Assembly: GCA_963827655.1 (NCBI GenBank)
Contig: CAWHCF010000019.1
Coordinates: 1-64,000 of the forward strand
Source of the DNA: an uncultured Acidobacteriota bacterium
GTDB lineage: Bacteria; Acidobacteriota; UBA6911
Direction of reading: 5' to 3'
Length of the DNA: 64,000 bases
Shown: positions 11,596 through 23,161 of the stretch, in pieces
Numbering within the stretch: the stretch's first letter is position 1
Layout of the letters: every line of letters begins with the position of its first letter
The notes under the pieces: model-generated
Seen by the model: the letters and a program-made list of their open reading frames with translations, nothing else
Databases searched by the model: none
Told to the model about the DNA's origin: nothing
Translations under genes and position numbers: made by a program

Positions 11596-13139
11596 TTATA
11601 GTCGGCGCCAGCGGCGTCCGTCACGCTCCAAAAGTTTGTCGGCTTCAGCCGGGCCCCACGATCCTGAAGCATACTTAGGGATGGGTCCGCCGTCGGTCGA
11701 GGACCAGCGATCCAGAAAAGGTTGCACGAGAGACCAGGCGGCTTCTACCGAATCGATCCGGTCGAACAGTGTCGGATCTCCCAGCATGCAATCCAGGAAC
11801 AAGCGCTCGTAGGCGCTGGCCAGATGGACTCCGAAGGTGCTTCCATAGCGGAAGTCCATGTTTACTGGGCGTATGTTAATGAGATTGCCCGGGGAGCTTG
11901 GCGGCGAATTTCCACGTGATCCCTTCATTGGGCTGAATCCGCATCGCCAGAACGTTGGACTCCACCTCGTCCGTACCGGCCTGGCGAAAGATGAGATGTG
12001 GGGTCCGGTGAAATACAATGGCTATCTCCGTAGTGCGCTTGGCCAGGTTCTTTCCAGTGCGCACATAGAAGGGCACACCCGCCCACCGCCAGTTGTCGAT
12101 CGACGAAACGGAGCGCGGCGAAAGTTTCGGTCTTCGAATCGGGAGCAACGCCCTTCTCCTGGAGATACCCGGGCACGTGTTTACCTGCCGCAAATCCAGC
12201 ATCATACTGGCCGCGCACGGCAACGTGGTCAATCTCCTCGGGAGTGAAGGGACGAATCGACCGCAGGACTTTGGCCTTTTCGTCACGGACCGAGTTGGGG
12301 CCGAAATCCGGCGGAGGCTCCATTGCCACCAGCGTCAAGAGTTGCATCATGTGATTCTGAATCATGTCGCGCAGCGCGCCGGCTTCCTCGTAGTAGGCGC
12401 CCCGGCTTCCCACGCCGATGTTTTCGGCGGCCGTGATCTGGACGTGGTCCACGTAGTGGCGGTTCCAGATAGGTTCGAAATTGATGTTGGCAAAGCGAAA
12501 AACCAGAAGGTTCTGAACCGTTTCTTTCCCCAGGTAATGATCGATTCGATAGACCTGGTCTTCTGCGAAGACGGCGTTCACCTCCCGGTTCAGCGCGCGC
12601 GCGGATTGCAGATCGTGGCCGAACGGCTTCTCGATGATGATTCGCGCCCAGCCGGACCCATCCACGCCTTCCCGCGCCATTCCTGACGCTCCGAGATTTC
12701 GGACGATGTCGACATAGTCGCTGGGGGCGGTCGCAAGATAAAAGATCCGGTTCCCGCCGGTGCCGCGGCGAGCGTCGTACTCGGCCAGGCATTGCTTGAG
12801 ACGAGAGTAGCTGTCCGGTTCGTGGAAGTTAGCCGGTAGATAATGGATCCCCTGAGCGAACGGCTCCCAGGTCGCGGGATCGGAGGGGCCTCCTTCGCCA
12901 GCCTTGTCCACCCATTCGCGCAGCCTGGTTCGATATTCGTCGTCACTCAAGGGGGAGCGCGACAGCCCCAGGATCGAGAAGCCTCCGGGGATTAATCGCT
13001 TCCGGGAGAGATTGTAAAGTGCCGGCACAAGCTTGCGCCGCGTCAGGTCACCCGAGCCACCGAAGATGACCATGACGCATGGCTCCGGGCTGCGACTCAT
13101 TCGCCTGCCGTGACGTAGCGGATTGGACTCATCAACCAT
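11596..13139 (-). CDS. zwf: Glucose-6-phosphate 1-dehydrogenase, frameshifted near the 3' end
   Basis: [61 protein letters not shown]. Confidence 0.95.
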
Positions 13140-13242
13140 GATTCGCGATCCTTGGGAGCGGGTGCCTTGGCGGTGAGTGGATCGAGGCAAAGCCACCCCC
13201 GGCCCTCGCGTCAGAATGTGAAGCTATTTCTGCGCGAGCCCT

Positions 13243-13310
13243 ATTGACGATTGAAAACCCAGCTCGCCGTCTAGTTTAATCGTCAATCGTCAATCGTCAA
13301 TCGTCAATCG
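13243..13310. repeat. Inverted heptamer element (GATTGAC)n...(AATCGTC)n
   Basis: attgacgattga ... aatcgtc x4 in the tkt-zwf spacer. Confidence 0.88.
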
Positions 13311-13326
13311 ATCGAAAGCCCGGCTG

Positions 13327-15333
13327 TCAGGCCAGGCGTTCCAGAATTTTCTGGGCGACGTTCTCGGGCGAGAAGCCGAAATTCTTCATCGAGACCTCGA
13401 ACGGCGCCGACGCGCCGTAACGGTCGATCCCGATAATCAAGCCGTCTTCGCCGACCCACCGTTCCCAGCCGAATGAAACGGCGGCTTCGACCGCGACCCG
13501 GAGCCTCGCCGACCGAGGGATCACGCTCTCGCGGTAAGCGGCTTCCTGTCTGGCAAAGAACTCCCAGCAGGGCATGCTGACTACCCGAGTCTTGATGCTT
13601 TTCGCCTGGAGCACATCCCGAGCCGAAAGGGCGACACCGACTTCAGATCCGGTCGCGATGATGACGACATCGGGCTTGCCTGATTCGGCTTCCGCCAGAA
13701 TATAGGCGCCCCGGTGCAGGCCTTCGGCGGAAGCGTACTTCGACCGATCGATCACGGGGAGCTTTTGTCGCGTGAGCGCCAGGGCTACGGGTCCGGAAGT
13801 GTGCCGCAGCGCCGCGCGCCAGGCCTCCGCAGTTTCAGTCGCATCCGAAGGACGAATGAAGATGAGGCCTGGAATCGCCCGCAGCGCCGCCGCGTGCTCG
13901 ATGGGTTGATGCGTGGGACCATCCTCTCCCAGGCCGATACTGTCGTGGGTCCACACATAGATGACGCGGGCTTTCATGAATGCGGCCAGCCGCACGCTGG
14001 GCCGCATGTAGTCCGAAAAAATCAGAAAGGTCGCACCGAAGGGAATCAGTCCCTTATGCAGGGCCATCCCGTTCAGGATCGCGCCCATTGCGTGTTCGCG
14101 CACACCGAAATGGAAGTTGCGTCCCTGGTACTTGCCCGCCTGGAAATCGCCAAAGGACTTGACATAAGTATTGGTGGAGGGCGCCAGATCCGCGGATCCG
14201 CCCACGAGTCCGGGAGCGTGAGGGAAAATTGCTGCGAGAACCTTTCCCGAGGCCTCGCGCGTCGCAATGGGCTTGGCTTCGGAGACCAGCGACGGAATCT
14301 CGCGCTCCCAGCCCTGGTTTAGACCGCCGTTCATGAGGACTTCCCATTCCCGGAATTTGTCGGGATGAGCGGCCGCATACCTGTTCAGCATCTGATTCCA
14401 CTGTGCCTCCCACCTTGCGCCTCGCGGGATGGATTCTCGGAAAACTTCCAGCGCCTCAGGAGGCACATAAAACTGGGCATCTTCGGGCCAACCGAGATTT
14501 TTCTTGGTAAGGCGAATTTCATCTTCACCGAGAGGGGCGCCGTGCGCCTCCGCCGTATCCTGCTTGTTGGGACTTCCGTAGGCGATGTTGGTTCGAACAT
14601 TGATCAGTGAGGGCCGGCCGTTCACTGACTGAGCTGTCCGTATCGCGTTCTCAATGGCATCGAGATCGTAACCCGAGACTTCCTCGACGTGCCAGCCGTA
14701 TGCCTCAAACCGGCGGCTGGGATTCTCCGTGAAGGCCAATTCGGTATTGCCCTCGATGGTGATGTGGTTGTTATCGTAGAGATAGATCAGTTTCCCAAGC
14801 CCCAGGTGCCCGGCGAGCGAGGCGGCCTCCGATGCCACCCCCTCCATAAGGTCGCCGTCGGAGACAATGGCATAGGTAAAGTGATCCATGACAGGGAAGT
14901 CGGGCGTGTTGAGGCGCGCCGCAAGATGGCGTTCGGCAATAGCCATTCCGACGCCGTTCCCGAATCCCTGGCCGAGCGGGCCGGTCGTCGTCTCAACCCC
15001 AGGCGTTTCGCCATATTCCGGGTGACCGGGCGTCATGCTCCCCCACTGCCGAAACAGTTTCAACTCGTCCAGAGAGAGGTCATACCCGGTCAGATGCAAG
15101 AGGGAATAGAGCAGCATAGAACCGTGACCCGCCGAGAGAATGAACCGATCACGATCGGGCCATTGCGGATTCCGTGGATTATGCCGCAGGAACCGGGTCC
15201 AGAGAACGTAGGCGGCGGCGGCCATTCCCATGGGCATTCCGGGATGTCCCGATCTGGCTTTCTGAACGGCGTCCATGGAGAGGGTTCGGATGGTGTTGAT
15301 GCAGAGTTCATCCAGGCTGATTTGAGTCGCCAT
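13327..15333 (-). CDS. tkt: Transketolase
   Basis: [49 protein letters not shown]; start set at [11 protein letters not shown]. Confidence 0.97.
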   Translation of the reverse strand: MATQISLDELCINTIRTLSMDAVQKARSGHPGMPMGMAAAAYVLWTRFLRHNPRNPQWPDRDRFILSAGHGSMLLYSLLHLTGYDLSLDELKLFRQWGSMTPGHPEYGETPGVETTTGPLGQGFGNGVGMAIAERHLAARLNTPDFPVMDHFTYAIVSDGDLMEGVASEAASLAGHLGLGKLIYLYDNNHITIEGNTELAFTENPSRRFEAYGWHVEEVSGYDLDAIENAIRTAQSVNGRPSLINVRTNIAYGSPNKQDTAEAHGAPLGEDEIRLTKKNLGWPEDAQFYVPPEALEVFRESIPRGARWEAQWNQMLNRYAAAHPDKFREWEVLMNGGLNQGWEREIPSLVSEAKPIATREASGKVLAAIFPHAPGLVGGSADLAPSTNTYVKSFGDFQAGKYQGRNFHFGVREHAMGAILNGMALHKGLIPFGATFLIFSDYMRPSVRLAAFMKARVIYVWTHDSIGLGEDGPTHQPIEHAAALRAIPGLIFIRPSDATETAEAWRAALRHTSGPVALALTRQKLPVIDRSKYASAEGLHRGAYILAEAESGKPDVVIIATGSEVGVALSARDVLQAKSIKTRVVSMPCWEFFARQEAAYRESVIPRSARLRVAVEAAVSFGWERWVGEDGLIIGIDRYGASAPFEVSMKNFGFSPENVAQKILERLA

Positions 15334-15340
15334 GCTTGAT

Positions 15341-16714
15341 TCACCTCGGATCGGGCGATGACCATTGTACAAGCTTCCTCGCGTGCTCGGTCTTTGCGCT
15401 TGATTTTGGAATTGGGATGGTAAGCGACTGGCCGGGTTTGAGGTTCCGGTTCGGCGCGACATCCAGCAGATTAGGTCCCGGTTGATACTTGTCGTCGAGA
15501 AAGAAAAGTTTGCGCACCAATTGAATCTCAGCCGCCGGGGACCGTACCGGTTTTTCTCCTTCGGGAGCCGGGGCTCGTCGGCAGCGGATTCGCAAACTCT
15601 CGAGATCATCCGGACCCGTTCCAGCCGGAAGTTCGACGGTCGAGCGCGCGCATCCGCTGCGGCCGATCGCCGACTTGGGATCACCATGATCCGAGCTGAA
15701 CCAACCTTCACCCCTTCGAAGCTTGAGGTGAAAGTAAATCTCCGTTCCGCGCTGCAGCGAGCATACTTCCAGGTAGGCGTAATTACGCAGTTCGGAGACA
15801 CCCGCGGCATGCGGATTTGCGGGCCGCTCGAGTTTTCCTTCGCGCGCCATTTCTTGAGCCATCACGGCGTAGGTCCACGGCAAGCGGTCCATCATCACTT
15901 CGCGCGCCTGTCCCTCGAGGTCGGCAAAGATTGGAAATGGACGGACCCGAACCTTGGGCGCCTCCGCCGATGCGTCGGCAAAATTGTTGTTCACGGTGAC
16001 ATTGTAAAGAATGGGATGCCCGCCTTGCTTTCGTCCTTGAAATGGCAATGTCTTGTGATCGCGCCCCTGAAACGTCTCCTCGAAGGAGTTTCCCGACTTC
16101 GAATAACGATAACACCATTCAATGTCGGTGGTGCGGCCCCAGCGCGCCATAAGGCGCTCGGTATTGGTTCCGCCATCTTCGTTGCTGAAAATGACGGTGT
16201 AAGTAACCTCGTCTTTTTCCCGTTCCCAGTAAAGAACCAGCGGAGCATCACTGAAGCGCGCTACGGTATCACTTCGAATATACAGGATGGGCGCCCGCAA
16301 GATCGGTTCCTGGGCCGGATCGGCGCGCTTGAGAGCGGTTAGATCTACTGCAAGGATTTCCGGCGCGGTCTCGAGGGCGGGGGTCCAGGAATTGTCCCAG
16401 TCAATGCGCAAGCGATGCTCGCCAGGCGCCAACGGGCCAAGGAGGACATTGTAATCCATATCTCGGCCTCCTCCAACCAGGAAGACATGCTGGTCGTAGC
16501 GGTCGTCGACGAAGATCTTGAGCAGCGCGCCCGGACGTTCCTTCCGATCCCACGAGGTTCCAGGGGCGCGGGCGCGGATCTTGAGATGAAATTCGGCGTC
16601 TGGCTCTGCCACCACAATCTTCTCGGAACGCAGTACCTGATCTGGCGCACCCGTCTGGGAAGCCGGCGCGAATAGCACCCACGCAAGAACGCGAAGCAAG
16701 GCTAGGGAGGCCAT
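15341..16714 (-). CDS. Secreted hypothetical protein
   Basis: 457-aa ORF with a signal peptide; no family recognised. Confidence 0.75.
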   Translation of the reverse strand: MASLALLRVLAWVLFAPASQTGAPDQVLRSEKIVVAEPDAEFHLKIRARAPGTSWDRKERPGALLKIFVDDRYDQHVFLVGGGRDMDYNVLLGPLAPGEHRLRIDWDNSWTPALETAPEILAVDLTALKRADPAQEPILRAPILYIRSDTVARFSDAPLVLYWEREKDEVTYTVIFSNEDGGTNTERLMARWGRTTDIEWCYRYSKSGNSFEETFQGRDHKTLPFQGRKQGGHPILYNVTVNNNFADASAEAPKVRVRPFPIFADLEGQAREVMMDRLPWTYAVMAQEMAREGKLERPANPHAAGVSELRNYAYLEVCSLQRGTEIYFHLKLRRGEGWFSSDHGDPKSAIGRSGCARSTVELPAGTGPDDLESLRIRCRRAPAPEGEKPVRSPAAEIQLVRKLFFLDDKYQPGPNLLDVAPNRNLKPGQSLTIPIPKSSAKTEHARKLVQWSSPDPR

Positions 16715-16795
16715 GGCAGGCGTCCTACCGAGCGAAAATCCAGCAGTCCTTTCGATTCCATCGAGCTCTTCGGTAATGGCGAAACAAGGCCTGCT

Positions 16796-17305
16796 TCAGG
16801 ATTCCTCCAGGGCCTCGGAATAGCAGTCGTATGTTTTCTTGTCGAAACAGACCACGACGACCTTCAGCTGGGGGTTTTCCTTTAGATGATTGATTATTTC
16901 CCTGAGAGCGATTCGAGACGCGCGCTCAATAGGAAACCCGTAGGCACCCGTGCTGATCGATGGAAATGCTACGGTCCGGAACTTTTTCTTCTGTGCCCAA
17001 GCCAGGGATTTCCGGTAGCAACTCGCCAGCAGTTCATCCTCATCGTGTTTCCCGTCCCGCCAGACAGGTCCGACCGTATGGATAACATACCGGGCGCTCA
17101 GGTTATAGCCTCCGGTGATTCTTGCATCTCCTGTGGGGCAGCCGTTGAGTCTTCGACACTCTTCGAGCAGTTGGGGACCCGCGCCTCGGTGAATCGCGCC
17201 ATCGACTCCTCCGCCTCCCAGGAGCGTGGTATTAGCGGCATTGACGATTGCGTCGACCTCTTGACGGGTTATGTCCCCTTGAGCGATCTCGATTCGGTCT
17301 TTCAT
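16796..17305 (-). CDS. ymdB: Macro-domain O-acetyl-ADP-ribose deacetylase (YmdB-like)
   Basis: [39 protein letters not shown]. Confidence 0.93.
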   Translation of the reverse strand: MKDRIEIAQGDITRQEVDAIVNAANTTLLGGGGVDGAIHRGAGPQLLEECRRLNGCPTGDARITGGYNLSARYVIHTVGPVWRDGKHDEDELLASCYRKSLAWAQKKKFRTVAFPSISTGAYGFPIERASRIALREIINHLKENPQLKVVVVCFDKKTYDCYSEALEES

Positions 17306-17346
17306 GACGTTCCCTCAAATTTCCGGGCGATTATACCTTAGTGCTT

Positions 17347-17410
17347 CTTCGTCTCTTCGCGCCTTAGTGGTATTTCGCAAGCGCCTGACCACAAAGACAC
17401 GAGGAAACAC
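17347..17410. repeat. Inverted nonamer-type element
   Basis: cttcgtctcttcgcgccttagtggt ... accacaaagacacgagg. Confidence 0.7.
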
Positions 17411-17478
17411 CTCGAACACGTCCATCAAGTTTGTTGAATTTGTTCAACTTTCCCAGCGTCGGGGGTGCGGCGGATCTT

Positions 17479-17987
17479 TCAGAATGGCTGATGCACGACA
17501 CAAACTCTGGGCAGGTTACTCTCCAAGAAATACTCCCAGTAGGTGGAAGGCGTATCGTTGAAGAACTGGCCGTCGGGGGTCATTATCTGGGAGCGACATG
17601 ATGAAGTCACAGCCTGGCCACTTTTGACACAAAGTTCAATTCGAACGACGCCTGCCGGCATGGAGAATTCTCTTGCGTCGGAATTCGAGGACCATTGTTT
17701 CATGAACCTTGCCCAGATCGGCACCGCAACGGATGCTCCGTACGCGCGGTTCTGACTTTTCCATTGCGGTCATGAACCTTGGTGATTTCCTCCATCTGCG
17801 GCACAGACTCGATACTTTTACTGTTCACGTTGCCGCTCTGAAATCCCAGACAGAGAATCACCGCCGCAACCGGGATGATGGTAATCAGCCCACGGGCTTG
17901 GCTCCTTCCAAGCCTGAGCTTCTTGTAGCACAGCTTCGTGTTCCACCGCGGCTTCGCTTCTTTGATGCTCTGGGGATCCTGGGTCAT
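17479..17987 (-). CDS. Hypothetical membrane-anchored protein, probably frameshifted
   Basis: Overlapping ORFs 17700-17987 (one hydrophobic segment) and 17479-17724. Confidence 0.35.
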
Positions 17988-18350
17988 GATTCCGCTTTTG
18001 TTCCTTGTTCGAAGGTTTTCTACATCTCCTTCCCGCGACCATTCGGACTACGCAAATAACGTTCCCGTGAACATGGCGCTCGGACCGGCGAGTATTTGTT
18101 CAATGGCCTTTGACCGGAAATTATCGGAACACGCGGAAGAATTTCCCTGGAGTTTGTCCTGCCGGCACCTCAGGCCACTCGAACCGCGCGCCATGCTCGA
18201 GGATCCACCATTTTTGAACTCTGAGCCCTGGTTCCCAGCGGGATCGAGGCGCGACTCCCCGCCCCATCGGAGTGTTACCGGGTATTTTTCCCCGAGGACC
18301 TTTCCCGGAAAAGACGCGCCTCCGGACGCCTCAAAATATTGAGGTCCTTT

Positions 18351-18363
18351 CAAGTCCTTGATA
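18351..18363 (-). promoter_or_regulatory. IHF-binding consensus site upstream of a sigma-54 promoter
   Basis: Reverse strand reads TATCAAGGACTTG, matching WATCAANNNNTTR. Confidence 0.55.
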
Positions 18364-18413
18364 ACGCGGTAAAAGCTTGCATGGCTGCTGGCTGATCCCG
18401 TTCGGCCATCCTG

Positions 18414-18428
18414 TGGCACGCTCCTTGC
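18414..18428 (+). promoter_or_regulatory. Sigma-54 -24/-12 promoter
   Basis: TGGCACGCTCCTTGC, an exact TGGCAC-N5-TTGC match about 100 bp upstream of the gene at 18526. Confidence 0.8.
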
Positions 18429-18525
18429 GTTTAACGGAAGGCGGTATACAGGTTAGTTAGTCTGTATCCCTGGCAAAGAACTAAACTGCGAGAGACCTAA
18501 ACCTGTAATGTGAGGAACTAACTTT

Positions 18526-19011
18526 ATGAAACGGACAACGTTAGCGATATGCTTCACCGTGGTATGTAGTCTCGCGCTGGTGCTGTATGCCCAGGCGCCA
18601 CCCCCTGCCCAGACGCCTTCCCAGGCGCCCGCTGCACAGGCGCCGCCTGCCCAGGCGCCGGTTGCCCAGGCGCCGGCTTCCGCGGAGAGAGGCTCGACGA
18701 CTCTGACCGGTTGCTTGAAAGCCGGCGCCGAGCCGGATAGCTTCATACTCACCAATATTGGCCCCGCCGGATCTGACACGGCTCAGAAGAGTGCGCCTGG
18801 AGAGCTGGCAAAGACCGATGTTTCCTACAAATTGAGCGCTGACGGCGGCGTAAAGCTTAAGGATCATGTCGGCCACAAGGTCGAGGTTACCGGCACGCTC
18901 GCCGGGAAGGGCTTCACCGCCACCCCGCCTGCCTCTACCGAGAAACCAAAAGCTGAAATGGCTAACTTGAAAGTAACCGCCATCAAGCACATCTCACCGT
19001 CCTGTCCATAA
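18526..19011 (+). CDS. Small secreted OB-fold-like protein with Pro/Ala/Gln linker (DUF5818-like)
   Basis: Signal peptide, 15-bp QAPxA repeats, TLTGCL...LKDHVGHKVEVTG...SPSCP. Confidence 0.8.
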   Translation: MKRTTLAICFTVVCSLALVLYAQAPPPAQTPSQAPAAQAPPAQAPVAQAPASAERGSTTLTGCLKAGAEPDSFILTNIGPAGSDTAQKSAPGELAKTDVSYKLSADGGVKLKDHVGHKVEVTGTLAGKGFTATPPASTEKPKAEMANLKVTAIKHISPSCP

Positions 19012-19027
19012 GAGAAGAGCGAACGGC

Positions 19028-19051
19028 TGGGGCCGGCTCGGGCCGGCCCCA
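19028..19051 (+). terminator. GC-rich hairpin after the secreted-protein gene
   Basis: tggggccggc tcgg gccggcccca; no U-tract. Confidence 0.45.
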
Positions 19052-19371
19052 TCGCTGAAAACGCCTCATGGGCGAAGCAAGTTCGACCCAGATATAACGG
19101 TCACAGAGCCTGGCCGATTTAAAGTATCTTTGGAGTTTGATTTGAAGCTGCGGAGCGCCGACCTTTCGGCGCTCTTCGCTGCTTAGGAGGCCTGTAGGCC
19201 TTCACTTTTCCCGGCCTTTTCCATTACCCTCCGTGCGTTACCCCGGGACAATCGCCAGTTCAAAAGCACCCCTCTCAGTATTCCGCTCTTTCGAATTCAC
19301 TGACTCAACTTGTTAACGCCCCCAAGCCAGCGTCCTCAGGAATCTCAGAAAGTTTCACGGAGAAAAAACCA

Positions 19372-19995
19372 ATGACTACCAATGTCACCTACAAAGTCAA
19401 ACAGTTCGATCTGAGCGGCCTGAACGGCATCTCGGATCAGACCCTGCAGATGCATTTCAAACTTTACGAGGGCTATGTAAAAAACACCAACAAGCTCAAT
19501 GAGAGTATCGCTGAGATTCTGAGAAAGGGTCCTGTGAATCAAGAGACGACCCCTGCATACGCAGAATTGACGCGGCGGCTCGGGTTTGAATACAACGGAA
19601 TGGTCTTACATGAGTACTATTTCGGGAACATGAAGCGAGGAGGTTCAGCGGAACCCAAGCGAAACTCGGGCTTTTTTGAAGCGGCTGAGCTCAGCTTTGA
19701 GAGTTATGAAGTCTGGAAAACCGATTTCGTTGGGACTGGAGAGATGCGCGGTGTAGGCTGGGTTATCTGTTATGAAGATCCCACCAATGGCCGGCTGTCG
19801 AACCACTGGATATCGTTGCACCAGATAGGAAATGTTGCAGGGTTCAACCCTCTGCTGGTAATGGATGTGTGGGAACACGCTTATCTCCTCGACTACAAGC
19901 CGGCAGAGCGCTCGAAATATATCGAAGCCTTTTTCTCCAATATCGACTGGAGCGCTGTGGAGAAGCGACTCAGAGTCGGGGCTTCGGTCCGCTAG
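19372..19995 (+). CDS. sod: Fe/Mn-family superoxide dismutase
   Basis: MHFKLYEGYV, NGMVLHEYYF, GVGW, PLLVMDVWEHAY. Confidence 0.9.
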   Translation: MTTNVTYKVKQFDLSGLNGISDQTLQMHFKLYEGYVKNTNKLNESIAEILRKGPVNQETTPAYAELTRRLGFEYNGMVLHEYYFGNMKRGGSAEPKRNSGFFEAAELSFESYEVWKTDFVGTGEMRGVGWVICYEDPTNGRLSNHWISLHQIGNVAGFNPLLVMDVWEHAYLLDYKPAERSKYIEAFFSNIDWSAVEKRLRVGASVR

Positions 19996-20260
19996 ATTTG
20001 ATCACAGCTGCGTGAAAAATGAAGGGCATGGAAACTAGAAGACCAGGGCTTGCGGCGGGAACCGCGAATTCCAGCGCTCGGTTTCAGCTTGCTCTCCTGC
20101 CGCTTCCTATCTCGGTCTGATCAGACCCCGTCGCAGATAGCAAACTACAGGGTCTCACAACATGAGCGCCGAACGGTCGAAGTGCCGGTCTTTCGGACCT
20201 AGTTAACGACACCCGAGCTTCAGTGCCTGCGAAATGTTCAAACTCCAGGCGACGGGCCAT

Positions 20261-20379
20261 TACGCGATAGGAAGGACTTGTCCTTAACAAGTTCATTGCC
20301 CTCTTGGTAGGTCGGACGGGCTTGATCGCCGGGCCCGCACATAAACCGGAAGAGTTTTGCAACAGTCCTCTGACGACCC
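20261..20379 (+). repeat. Dispersed ~120-bp repeat, copy 1 (IS-end-like)
   Basis: Aligns by eye with 62855-62973; ends gagttttgcaacagtcctc. Confidence 0.8.
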
Positions 20380-20582
20380 ACGGCTCGGGTCAATCAAGGG
20401 GTTATTCTGGGACCTTCAGACCTTCTGAAGCTGGACGTGCGGCCACGAAGTGCGCCGGAGATGCAACACAGCCTGAGTGCCAAAAATGAAAATACGCCTT
20501 CAATACGCGGGCGGATGGAGCATGGATAAATTGCCCGCTGAAGGCGTATTTTCCCAAGGAGCGACGAAGACAGGACCTTGAT

Positions 20583-21230
20583 CTAGTTCTGGACCGCCTT
20601 CTGGGCTCCAACCTTCAGTCGATTCTGAATGCTCTGGACTCCCTCGGTATCCTTAGCCACTCTCTCGGCCTCTATTCTCTGATCCGCCGTATCGACAACG
20701 CCACGGAGAGTCACGACACCGTTAACGACATCCACGTTGATCTTTCTTTCCGGAGTTGAGGCGTTTCCAATCAACTTGGTAACGATCTTCATATGAATCC
20801 AAGCGTCATCCACGCTTTTCCCGATGCTCTCACCCAACTCTTTCGCCTTTATGCGCTCTTCCATGGCCAGCTCTTCCGTGTAATCCGCCCGCGCCAGCTC
20901 GGCAGGTTTCACGTCAATCTTGTCGTTCACCACGAGGCCTGGATAAGTGCTCTTCGCTGCGTCGACCGCTTCGGCACGCAAGACTTGCGATCCGACAGTT
21001 CCCGAAAGCGTAACCTCACCCCGGTCGGCATTGGCGTCGACATCAAGATTGGCAACTGCGAGTTCGGGGTTAGCGTTGAATCTTGCCTTGATTCTAGTTT
21101 CCAGATCTGAATCGCTGATCTTGGCTTTCGGCTCAGACTGCGCAGTCTCCCTCTCTTTGGTTTGGGTGCACGCCACGCAGAGTGATCCTACGACCAAGAG
21201 GATCATTGATACCCAAAGTAACTTCTTCAT
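20583..21230 (-). CDS. Double BON-domain lipoprotein (OsmY-like)
   Basis: GGAGG RBS, lipobox CVAC, two BON repeats (VDANADRGEVTLSG, INVDVVNGVVTLRG). Confidence 0.92.
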   Translation of the reverse strand: MKKLLWVSMILLVVGSLCVACTQTKERETAQSEPKAKISDSDLETRIKARFNANPELAVANLDVDANADRGEVTLSGTVGSQVLRAEAVDAAKSTYPGLVVNDKIDVKPAELARADYTEELAMEERIKAKELGESIGKSVDDAWIHMKIVTKLIGNASTPERKINVDVVNGVVTLRGVVDTADQRIEAERVAKDTEGVQSIQNRLKVGAQKAVQN

Positions 21231-21325
21231 AATGCCTCCAATCGATAAGTGAGCCACTTCAGCCAGGAGGCCTTCGCAAACTTCGTTTTGACCCCACAGG
21301 CCACCGAAACACTTCTCGACATTGA

Positions 21326-21340
21326 GCAACAGGCATGCCA
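21326..21340 (-). promoter_or_regulatory. Sigma-54 -24/-12 promoter
   Basis: Reverse strand TGGCATGCCTGTTGC about 95 bp upstream of the BON gene; IHF-like AATCATTTATTTG at 21367-21379. Confidence 0.72.
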
Positions 21341-21396
21341 GCCGCCAACCTGACCTTATCTAACGACAAATAAATGATTTTCTCGATCCGGAAAAT

Positions 21397-22239
21397 TTAC
21401 CCGGACCCGGAAGACGGGAAATTTTTCCGCTCCGACGCTCCGGTCCCGCTCCTGGCGCGTTCGGCTTTAGCTGCCGGCAGGAGGTGGGCTTTCACGATGA
21501 ATCGTTTCGGCGCGTTCCCGACATAATAAAAGGGATAACAGGTGACCAGGGTCAGGCAGGGTTGCGAGGACGGCTTCAAAACTCTTGTGTCGGCAGGGTT
21601 CACGATTTGGGTATTGGCCACACCGTAGCGGAATGTTCCCTGAGTAGTGGTAAGAGTGATCTCGTCTCCTTCGCGAATCTTTCTCAAAACCCGAAAGTGG
21701 CGATCCCGATGTCCGGCGATTCCAAGATTTCCTGACTTGCCCGGGAGCGCCGTCCCTTCGATTCGTCCTACCGCCTGATTCAAGACCCACTCGTCAGTTC
21801 CATTCAACACCATGACCGAGAGATCGATCGACGGTATATTGAGACGTCCTATCGGTGAGCCTGCGGCCGGGAGGGCAGACGCTTCTTCGGTTACAGTTTT
21901 GTCCTGCGCATCCGCGAGCTGTCCCTGAGGGTTCTTCTCAATCTCGATGATCGGCACTCGTGGAGATCCGACTGCAGGTTCGAGCACAATCCTTTTCCAG
22001 ACGGAAAAGGTCAGGTAGTCGATGTAAGCAATCAGAGAAGTTCGTTTTCCTTGAAGCGCCTGGTCGAAACGCCAGCTCGTGTACGACTCGAGCCGATCAG
22101 AAGCGAGCAACCAGGCGCCAAAAACCAAAGAGCCGCTCAGGCCGATAGCGAGGAAGAATTTCTCCCAGCGCCGCAAGATTGGTTTTCTTTTTTTTGAAGA
22201 GGCAATCACATGCAACCTCTTGACATCGCGAATCTTCAC
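21397..22239 (-). CDS. Class D sortase
   Basis: N-terminal TM, GRLNIPSIDL, IAGHRD, TLVTCYPF, catalytic Arg in PKRFIV. Confidence 0.93.
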   Translation of the reverse strand: MKIRDVKRLHVIASSKKRKPILRRWEKFFLAIGLSGSLVFGAWLLASDRLESYTSWRFDQALQGKRTSLIAYIDYLTFSVWKRIVLEPAVGSPRVPIIEIEKNPQGQLADAQDKTVTEEASALPAAGSPIGRLNIPSIDLSVMVLNGTDEWVLNQAVGRIEGTALPGKSGNLGIAGHRDRHFRVLRKIREGDEITLTTTQGTFRYGVANTQIVNPADTRVLKPSSQPCLTLVTCYPFYYVGNAPKRFIVKAHLLPAAKAERARSGTGASERKNFPSSGSG

Positions 22240-22250
22240 TTGCGGAAAGC

Positions 22251-22286
22251 GGAATCGGGAATCCGTGAATCCGGATTCCCGATTCC
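22251..22286. repeat. Short inverted heptamer element (GGAATCG)...(CGATTCC)
   Basis: ggaatcgggaatccgtgaatccggattcccgattcc between the sortase and its substrate. Confidence 0.7.
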
Positions 22287-22310
22287 AGGCGCTCGCCTTG
22301 CCGGCTCGGC

Positions 22311-23022
22311 TCAGGACAGCGCTCGAACCATTCGCAGCAAGAAGGCCAATCCCAGAGAGACCAACCCGATCAGTCCGACAAAGGGAAGCGCGCTCGCCGT
22401 TTTGGGCAACGCAGCCGGCGGCTGGTCAACCCGCGGCTCCTCGATTCGAGCCGGCTCCACAGGCGCCGGTTGCGCCTCGACCGGAGCAGGCGCCGGAGGC
22501 TGTTGCTCGACCGCCGCCGGTTCGGCGGACGGCAGCTCGGGCGCGGGTTCAGCCTGGGCAAGTTGTACCTGCTGCTCTTGGGTGACTGTCGGAACCTCTT
22601 CCTTGGTAGTGGCGGCTATCAGCAGCGGCCTCTCGCTTCGGGTAAGCGAATTCCTGACCAAAGTTATCACCCGGGTAAAACCAGGAGCGAAGCGGCTGGG
22701 GAGTATTTGCCGGCGCTTCCCAGAAACCGAACTCGCTATCACCGCTCGGTTTCAGGCGGTAATTGGGAATCGCTAGAACGGTAGCGATGACGTTTGACTC
22801 ATCCTCGTTGAAGACCTGAACGATGTGCCGATTCGAGGGCGAGTCAGCCAGCTTGAATACATATTTTCCCGGATTCAAAACCGCCCCGGGGATTTGCACT
22901 GGGTTGTTAATCGATATGACAGTTTTCTTGTTCCAAGCGTCAGCCCAGCTATTCGAAGACATCAGAACTACTAACAACGCAGCGACACAAGTCGCGCGCA
23001 GGGCCCGGACATTACTGTTCAT
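22311..23022 (-). CDS. LPXTA-motif sortase substrate, one frameshift
   Basis: Signal peptide and beta-rich domain (ORF 22549-23145) continue into a Pro/Glu linker, then LPKTAS, a hydrophobic helix and a basic tail (ORF 22311-22742). Confidence 0.85.
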
Positions 23023-23161
23023 TTTTCCTCCTTGTCCCCTGTTCCCCTCCTGGCCGCCGAGAGACGGCTTGAGTAGGCTCCGGTTAAAGAAATGCGCTGC
23101 ACGGCCTGTTTGAGGGACAAGGCCCCTCGAAATCAGGAACCGCACACAACGGAGCTAAGAG

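Noticed and set aside
11472-13310. Tandem repeats as a CRISPR array
   Set aside because: Units are 7 bp with no unique spacers, and no cas genes are present.
15334-15810. 158-aa N-terminal extension of transketolase in the ORF track
   Set aside because: It overlaps the upstream gene in another frame; homology starts at [11 protein letters not shown].
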